This document shows positions 56,382 to 64,000 of a stretch of DNA of 64,000 nucleotides, piece after piece. The notes under the pieces are model-generated. The model made no database searches. It saw only the letters and a list, made by a program, of their open reading frames with translations, and was not told where the DNA came from. The DNA comes from Paramecium tetraurelia (taxonomy: Eukaryota): NCBI GenBank assembly GCA_000165425.1, contig CT868659.1:186001-250000 (forward strand). Direction: 5' to 3'. The translations under genes and the position numbers were made by a program. Each line of letters opens with the position of its first letter. The first letter of the stretch is position 1.

Positions 56382-57915
56382 TCAATGATAAAAATCTACC
56401 TCTTCATCATACTCAGCCATTTTTATGATTTCATCAATTAGTTACATGTGCTCAAAGTCATTTGTGTTTTTTTAGATGTCTTAAATGATGGACTCCCCTT
56501 GGTACTTTAAAAATTCTCCAACATATCGATCTGGGTAAATCACTAATTATTAAACTATTTAATACTTTCGCCAGTTTATAGAACTGTAAATGCAATAAAC
56601 AAATAATCATCGATTGTGATCAATTGCTTTTCACTCTAATAGAATTCACTAATCAATTTTAGGATTGGGAACTCAATGATGGTTTATTCTTTGTACCTCG
56701 ATTTTAACAGTTAAGTAATCAGGCTACAAGTATTGGATGGAAATTCCTAAAATAACTAGACTCTTTACTTTATTTTTTTTATTATAGACTTAAACTTAAG
56801 TCACAATTTTTTCAAAACATAGATCTTACTCATTTAAAACAAAATTATTATCATCTTCTATGATTAATAAGAACCCTTCATAAATTAATTTAATTATTGT
56901 TTTATCGAGATTAAGATTAGAAGACAAGGCATTACAATAAAATGTTAATAGACTATATTTTTCTAGAAGAAGCTTCATATGATAAATGCTTTACCTTCAT
57001 CAGTTGCTTATTTTTTTGCAGCATTGCATTAAACATTTTTAAGGCCTATATGCCTAATTCTGTAACTTTCTATTCTTAAAGGACGGCATTGAAAGCAGAC
57101 AAGCCATCCTCGATGATTAAAAATTTATCAAATTGATTAACAATCTCAAATTGGTTGATATGATATGATCCGATAATAGCTCTCATCGTTTTGAAAGACT
57201 GCAATTTAAGGTCATCATCTACAGTGGATTAAGAGATGTTATCTATTATTTCTAATATATATTCCATATTTTGTTCTTTATAGTTATTGAAGAAAAGGTG
57301 AGCAATGATTCTGAGGTAATTCATACTCAATCTTTCATTGCATCCATGAGTAGTATAACTATAGTATATATTGCTTAGTAGCTACAGACTTTGAGCTAAT
57401 TTTAAGGCTTCTTCTGAATTTAATTCGACTATAAAATTGCATATGATTTTAGTTAGCTAAAGTAGTTTAAGAATAAAGGTATTACATTCTCCTTTAATTC
57501 ATCTGAACTGCCATTCAACAGATTATTCAGATTCAAGATTTGACTTTGGGTTAACAATTAGATCATCTATTCTCTGTTCATGTGATAAGTGAAATTAGTT
57601 AAAAATTTAGAGCACTCGTATGGGAAATATTATAATAAATCAAAAGTGATTTATGCTCCAGGTCTTTTTTATATAATTAATGTACATTAGAGCCTAGATA
57701 ATTTAAGGATCAATATTAGTTTTTGAAGTTAAGAATTAGTCTATGTTATCTAAACATTGAGGGAGATTTGTTTTAGAAATCAATTGATCATAATCAACTT
57801 TTGGGAAATCTATGGGGATTGATTGAGTGATGTTGGTTCTTTTTTTGGTGAATATTTGTTCATTTTTTTCCTTTCTGATTTAGACTCTAAATAATTCCCT
57901 CTTTTCTCTTATCAT
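56382..57915 (-). CDS. Divergent importin-alpha-like ARM-repeat protein
   Basis: IBB-like MIREKRELFRVQIRKEKNEQIFTKKR; ARM-like ALMYINYI...NFIV; acidic C-terminal tail. Confidence 0.6.
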
Positions 57916-57942
57916 TTAATTTATATAAATAAAATAGTTAAA

Positions 57943-60075
57943 TCAAAACATGCTTGTTTTAATTACTCTCGTGATTACTTGTCTACAAATAGGACACTAT
58001 ATATATATAAGAGAAATGCTTACATTCTTAAGATTTTCAGTGCAATTAAAGCAAAGAATGAAATGGCAGCATTCCATTAGTACACTATCAATTTGTCTAA
58101 TGAAACAGATTTTACAAAGGTGCTTTTCTTCTTCCCTTTGGATTTTGTTGGTCAATTCCTTAACCTATTCTTTGAGAGTGACAACTTCTTCATCTTGGAG
58201 AATTGATGAATCCTCTTAAGGATAAGTAAAATTGATTTTTTCTGTTTTAGTAACAAAGATAGTGTACATGTCATTTAATCTTTGTCCATCATAACCCCCT
58301 AGTAGAAAGAATTGATTTTCTAAATTAACTAATTTATGAAATGTCCTAGCTGAAGGGATATTTCCAGATGTATTAATTTTAATCCATTCTCTCTTCTTAA
58401 AATTATATTAGTGTAAATCATTATATCTAATCTATAAATGATCAACTCCGCCAAATAAAAACATGTTTTAATTGTAAACTAAAGCCTCATGTCGATATCT
58501 GGCCTTGGGTTTTTGTCCACTGCACCTTCTGATTTCATAAAAGGTGTTTGTAACAAAAGAGTATTCGTACATTTCATCCAAACAACTAGTACCATCCCAA
58601 CCACCAAAAATGAACATTGAATTTTAATACGAGACAGCTGTATGACCAAATCTTCCAGTTATTTATTAATCATGGTCCAATTCAATCCATTAACCCTTAA
58701 ATTTCCAGATGTCGTTGAAAATTTGCTTATTTTCCCCTTTGCCTCCAAAAATGTAGATTCCATTGCAATATTCAACTAAGGAATGGTCAGTTCTTTTTGC
58801 AGGGTTGGCCCCTTATTAAGTTTCCATAGCAAAAGTATTGTTCTTAACATTGAATCGATACAAATCATTACAGTAAATTTGGCTTTATGTCTGTACATAT
58901 CCTCCAAACAACATTAATTGATCATCAACTGCAACCATTTTAGCTCCAGATCTGGCTGATGGTATTTAGCCTGAAGTAACAATGACAGACCAGGAATTGC
59001 CATCAAAACAATTTAGGTCATTATTGATATTACCAGATTGATCCACTCCTCCAAACAGATAGATTTTATTTTAAAGTACACAAGCAGTGTGTCCAGTTCT
59101 GGGTGTGAATCGATCTTTAAGATCCAATTAGATCCACATTAGATGCGGAGCCTATTTAAATTATTCAATTTGCTATCTGCCATTCTCTGAATCCAAGTTG
59201 ATTCGATGAACATCATTTCTTCTTTATCCGTCGAATCCCCCTACCAAGTACAAGTGATTCCCCAAGACAACACATTTATGGAAAGAACGAGGAGAGGGGG
59301 GATTCTAAACAACAATTCTACTCCAAATTGAAGTTTGGAAATCAAATCTTTACAAATCATTAAATCTTTCTTGATTCTAATCCACTCCTCCAAAAATGAA
59401 TAGAAATCCCTTGTAAATATTGGCTGTATGTCGGTATCTTCCAGCAGGTGGGTTTTATTATTTAACCATTTGGAAGGTGCCATTACTGTTCGAATAAACC
59501 CACAGATCATTCAATGTATTATTGCCATCCCATCCTCCAAATAGGTAGAGCTCATTTTAATATGAGGTTATTGTATGTCCGAGACGAGCACTCAGTTATC
59601 TTACTTAACTCAAAGCTCTCCATTCGAATGTACAGAGATTCAGTTCATGCAAATCATTAAATCGTTTTTAACCATTGGATCCTCCAAAAATAAAACATAA
59701 ATTCTTTTAGATGGTAAATGAATGATCCACTCTGGCTGGAGGTGGTTAAGTTTTTGGAGTTATTTTTTCCCATTGATTGTTTGCAGGATTGAAACGAAAG
59801 AGATCATTAAAGTATTCTCCATGTTTCCAAGTATAGCCTCCAAAAAAATAAAACAGATCCTCATAGACACACCCCAGTGATCCAGATCTGGCTGATGGAA
59901 TTTCACCTGACAATTTGAGTTTTGTCCAACCTTTATGATATTTGTACATGTCATTCTATCGATCTTGCTCATCAATTCCCCCAAACACATAAATGCACTC
60001 TTTGTATGCTATTACTGTATGTCCAGTCCTTGGAGAATAATCGTTAACATCGCTGGGCAATAATTCCCATTGCAT
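57943..60075 (-). CDS. Tandem double Kelch-propeller protein with C-terminal RING finger
   Basis: ~12 Kelch repeats (PRTGHT..YVFGG, ARSG..FFGG, LFGGWDG); ends CKICF...ECCHFILCFNC...CPICR. Confidence 0.88.
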
Positions 60076-60092
60076 TATTTAAATTATTAAAT

Positions 60093-61113
60093 ATGTATTA
60101 TTAGGCACCTACTCCTATGATGCCCCTGGCTCATGCGATGAACAACCCTCTCCAAGTACAATAAGCTGCCAACATTCGCAAACCTGATTTCCCCCCAGAT
60201 GTAACTTTATGGGTTTAATCCTTAGATGCAACCAATCTTTGTCATCCCTCAAATTGCTCATATCAAATCCCAATTGAAACCAAAATGCAGGGCCTATGAT
60301 CCCATTTTGGGGGTTGGAAGAAAGGCTGAGTGGATGCTGGATAAATTTGAAGATGAATATGAGTAGATGGAAAGAGAGGAGAGAGAGAAAGGTATTTATA
60401 GTTATGATTATGTAGGTGTCGTTAAGCCATCAAGATTGCCATTGAAGATCTTGAAGAAGCAGGAGATGAGAAGATAACATAGTGAAGAAGTCAGGAAACG
60501 ATTGTAAACATGGAATCCATTTGAAGATGCAAACATCACATCTGATCCCTACAAAACTTTGTTTGTTGGACGATTGAATTTTGCTACAACTGATAAAAAA
60601 TTGCGCAAAGAATTCGAAGAATATGGCCCTATCAAATCTGTTAGGATTGTGAGAGATTCAACTCATGATAAACCTAGAGGCTATGCATTCATTGGTAAGG
60701 GGGTGATCATAAATTAAAAGAGTATGAGAGCAAGAACAGTGTTAAATCAGCTTATAAATATGCAGTGGATAAACGTGTTGATGGTCGCAAAGTTGTTGTA
60801 GATATCGAAAGAGGTAGAACAATTCTTAAATGGAGACCTCGTTATCTTGGTGGGGGATTGGGAGAATTGAGAAGGTCAAGGAGTGAAGAGTTGTTGAAGA
60901 AGACCAAAGATGATTAGGTCGAGAAAGAGGAGGAAGACAAAAGACGCAAAACCAAAAAAGGTAATTCTTTAGATCTATCTTCTTATAGACGATGGCAAGT
61001 CATCCAAAAAACCCAGATCTCGATCTAAGAGTGCCAAAAAACACAAGAAGAGAGATGAGAGTGAATTCAAGAAGAACAAAAAGAGAGAAAAATCCAAAAA
61101 GAAACATAAATGA
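60093..61113 (+). CDS. SNRNP70: U1 snRNP 70 kDa protein
   Basis: WNP...[11 protein letters not shown]...PRGYAFIEY...[19 protein letters not shown]; 4 introns. Confidence 0.95.
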
Positions 61114-61198
61114 GTGATCATCATGATGAATAACACAAAAAAAGGTAAATTTATTTATGGTAAGTATTCTCTTTTAAAACATCTTTCTTCTCATTCAT

Positions 61199-61795
61199 AT
61201 GAATAGTTTATATAAAATATATTTACGATACCAAGCTCTCAAACGTGCCTTCAAATCTACTAAACTATATCTTAGATATGCCTAATTTAAAGAAGAATTG
61301 GAAGACTAAAAGCTCAATAGAATCTGTGTGGGACAAGATCGTATGGGTAATAAGTTTTATCAATATTATTCCTACTATGGATTACCCACTAAAAGAGAAG
61401 TAAATATTCATGCAATTGACATTCTTAGATTCGCTTTAAAGATGATCGGGAAAGAATAGTAAACGATTTAGCATATTATGATTGGCTATATAAACGAATT
61501 GAATAACCACCCACAGAAGAGCAGGTTGAGCAATTGTAAGTGCTTTTATTTCATATCTAGCTATAAAGAGGAGTAATTGCGTTTTTAAAGAGCCAGAGAA
61601 TGGGATGAATAACAAGAAAAGATGATGTTAGCATTTTATGAACAACGAAAAATTAGAGAAGAATAATACAAGAAAGCTTATTTGGAATAGAAAAACTTTA
61701 ATCAAAATCCTGAGGTATTTGCAGAAATAGCCAGCAATTCAGAGTTGAAATAAGAATCTCAAAATGAGTAATGGTAACCAAAATCAAAGCGCTGA
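61199..61795 (+). CDS. NDUFA12: Complex I accessory subunit NDUFA12 (B17.2)-like
   Basis: CVGQDRMGNKFYQY...KRE; YYDWLY.R...PPTEE; ends WQPKSKR*. Confidence 0.75.
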
Positions 61796-62301
61796 TTTCA
61801 TAATATTAATTACATATATTTAGTTAAGAATTATCAATCTATTGTTAATTGCATCTATCTTAATTTTTACATCAAACTATTTAAGACTTATAAAATCAAA
61901 TGCAATTATAATGATTATTCTCACAAAGAATGATAAAAATTATGAGAGAATATTGACATTTTAATATTATTTCACTTATCAAGTGATCTTAAATTAAATA
62001 TATGCTTAATCTAGTATCACTATATTTTAAAGTAAACTTAATCCTCTTTTATTTACTTAATTAATACAAAGAACGTCTGATTCTAAAATTAATAAATATA
62101 TTTGTAAATCTATTTTTTAAACAAAACTATAAGAAGAAGAAATAATAATTAAATTGATGCAATGAAATAGATAGTAATTTAATGGTAGCTTTAATTAAAA
62201 CATGAGTTAATCAAAATCTCTGCTTAGCAATCAGATATTGAAGGATATTGATTAAATTTATTATGTATTTTATTATTGATGCTTATAATATTTTATAATG
62301 A

Positions 62302-62714
62302 TCAAAACAATTGTACGGGTGATTTGATGGCATTTTTAAAATCGTAATAGATAGTAACAATGGGAGCGGTGTCTTGTGAATTTGATCCTTTGATTGATAG
62401 GGCGTCTCCAATTTTTTTATTGAATATGTATTGTAATCTAATGTAATGAATAACTTACTGATTTTGCTTTTCAGCATCCAAATATAATCTGATATCAGTA
62501 ATGCCGCCATGCCTATCTTGCAATTCCTTATTGATGAACATGAGGGGATCATTGTAAGCTACAACAATTTCGAAATTTGGATAAGGCCAATCTTTTTCGA
62601 GGATGACAAATTTGAGTTTGATGTATTGACGTTATTCACTGTCCATTTCGAATGATGGCTAAAATAGGAGTTTTGTTATGTATGTATATATACATAGATA
62701 TTATTGGCGTTCAT
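62302..62714 (-). CDS. Small hypothetical protein, possibly ubiquitin-like fold
   Basis: Two introns; YIKLKFVIL..WPYPNFEI...LQDRHGGITDIRLY...VTIYYDF. Confidence 0.6.
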
Positions 62715-62741
62715 TTTAATTTTTAATAATGAAATATACTA

Positions 62742-63404
62742 TCATAATTCTTCAAAGCCATCTTCCACTTATAGACTACGCTCAATTGTTTATGGTTATT
62801 TAGGTTCTTGTTGATCTTGTTGATCTTGTTAACCTTCTGTTTGTTTTTTGATCCATTCTCTGGTTTTAACAAAACGCTCAGGAGTCTTGGGTTCAAAATT
62901 GAGTTGTCTGATTGCTTTTTCTCTCCTGAGACGACCTCCAAATTTAAAGAATTATTGAGACCAATGTTTAATTGCATTTTAGAGATCCACAACAGTTTTT
63001 GGTTCTGTCCACCAAGTAACTACTTTGGTAGCACTATTCTCTTGAACATAACTAAGAAATTCATAATAATCGATAAGCATTTTCAGTAATTCATCTTGAA
63101 AATCGATTTTATGATTAATGAGTTCTTGTATCTATTTATGTATTTGCAGTTTCAAGAAATTAATCTGTTCTGAAAAATCTTTGACCATGAAAGAAAGTGA
63201 GATAGAGAGGATGGATTGTATTACTTAATCACAAGTTTAGAGTGTTGGATTATTGAGTGAAAAATTAGGACTTAAACTAAGTTTGTAGTTGGTTTCTTGA
63301 TTAATAAGAGTGTCTATTTCCACTTGAGGATCGATCTTAATCTCATTCTCATTCTACTCAATATGCACGACCTCAATATCTGAACGAGGGCACAATGCAC
63401 CCAT
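62742..63404 (-). CDS. Hypothetical protein with N-terminal acylation motif
   Basis: Starts MGALC (myristoylation Gly2 and a nearby Cys); open frame to VEDGFEEL*. Confidence 0.65.
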
Positions 63405-63445
63405 TTAATTAATTATATAAATGCAACACAATGTATATATATCCA

Positions 63446-64000
63446 TCAGAGTATATCTGATGGAAAAGGTATCTCAAACACAAAATGACTAGCCATTATA
63501 CTAGCAGCTTCAGGTTGATCCATTGGAACCATATGTCCTGCATGTCTGACAGAAACAAAGGTCAATCCATCGATTTCCCAAACATTTCCAGCATTTTGTG
63601 GTTCTGTTCCTTTTTCTCCTGGTATAAACCAAGGTCTCCATTCCTCAATGGTAGGTAAGTCTAAAATATAGTTATTAATATAGACTTAGTTCTTTCTATA
63701 GTTTATCAATCCAATACAGAGTACCGGTGATTGGAACTACTGCATCGACGTCTCCACTGAATTTCAAGATTCTAAGTCCGCTCTTGAGTAATTTAGGATA
63801 CAGATAATAGGTGCCTCTTGGATCTGGTCTGTAATCAAGTTTTGCGCAGTCATTCCAATACCCAGCATCTTCTCTAATATGCAAAGCCTTGATAAATATG
63901 TATAATCAAACTTTTCTAAATGCTGCATTGTTTAGATATAGGAGCAAAGCTTCTGCTTCAGAACATTTATTGAGCTCTCCAACTGCTCCATCCTACATTG
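63446..64000 (-). CDS. Serine carboxypeptidase S10, 3' part (truncated by window)
   Basis: LRILKFSGDVDAVVP, WRPW, LTFVSVRHAGHMVP (catalytic Asp and His). Confidence 0.92.

Overview
AT-rich eukaryotic DNA that reads as a gene-dense ciliate macronuclear chromosome, most likely Paramecium (aurelia complex). TAA/TAG encode Gln, TGA is the only stop, and introns are about 20-34 nt GT..AG, so the supplied standard-code ORF track fragments or misses most genes. I retranslated by eye with code 6; ends of hypothetical genes are approximate. About 40 genes are present: splicing factors (U2AF65, U1-70K, an internally deleted ISY1 pseudogene), ciliary/cytoskeletal genes (LC8, Tctex-1, IC1/DNAI1, kinesin-12, CEP83-like, TTLL6-like), trafficking genes (ARL1, Rab2-like, ERD2-like, two importin-alpha-like), mitochondrial genes (cyclophilin, NDUFA12), a PH-START-ORD lipid-transfer protein, two kinases, KTI12, a double-Kelch-RING protein, and an 8.6 kb IP3R/RyR-type channel. 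Most notable: (1) a cytochrome c-like protein with CxxCH intact but the distal Met ligand replaced by Cys (GTKC) and long terminal extensions; (2) the channel has lost its IP3-binding residues and its filter Asp; (3) four conserved divergent gene pairs have start codons only 10-17 nt apart. I recognised no RNA genes, transposons or telomeric repeats.
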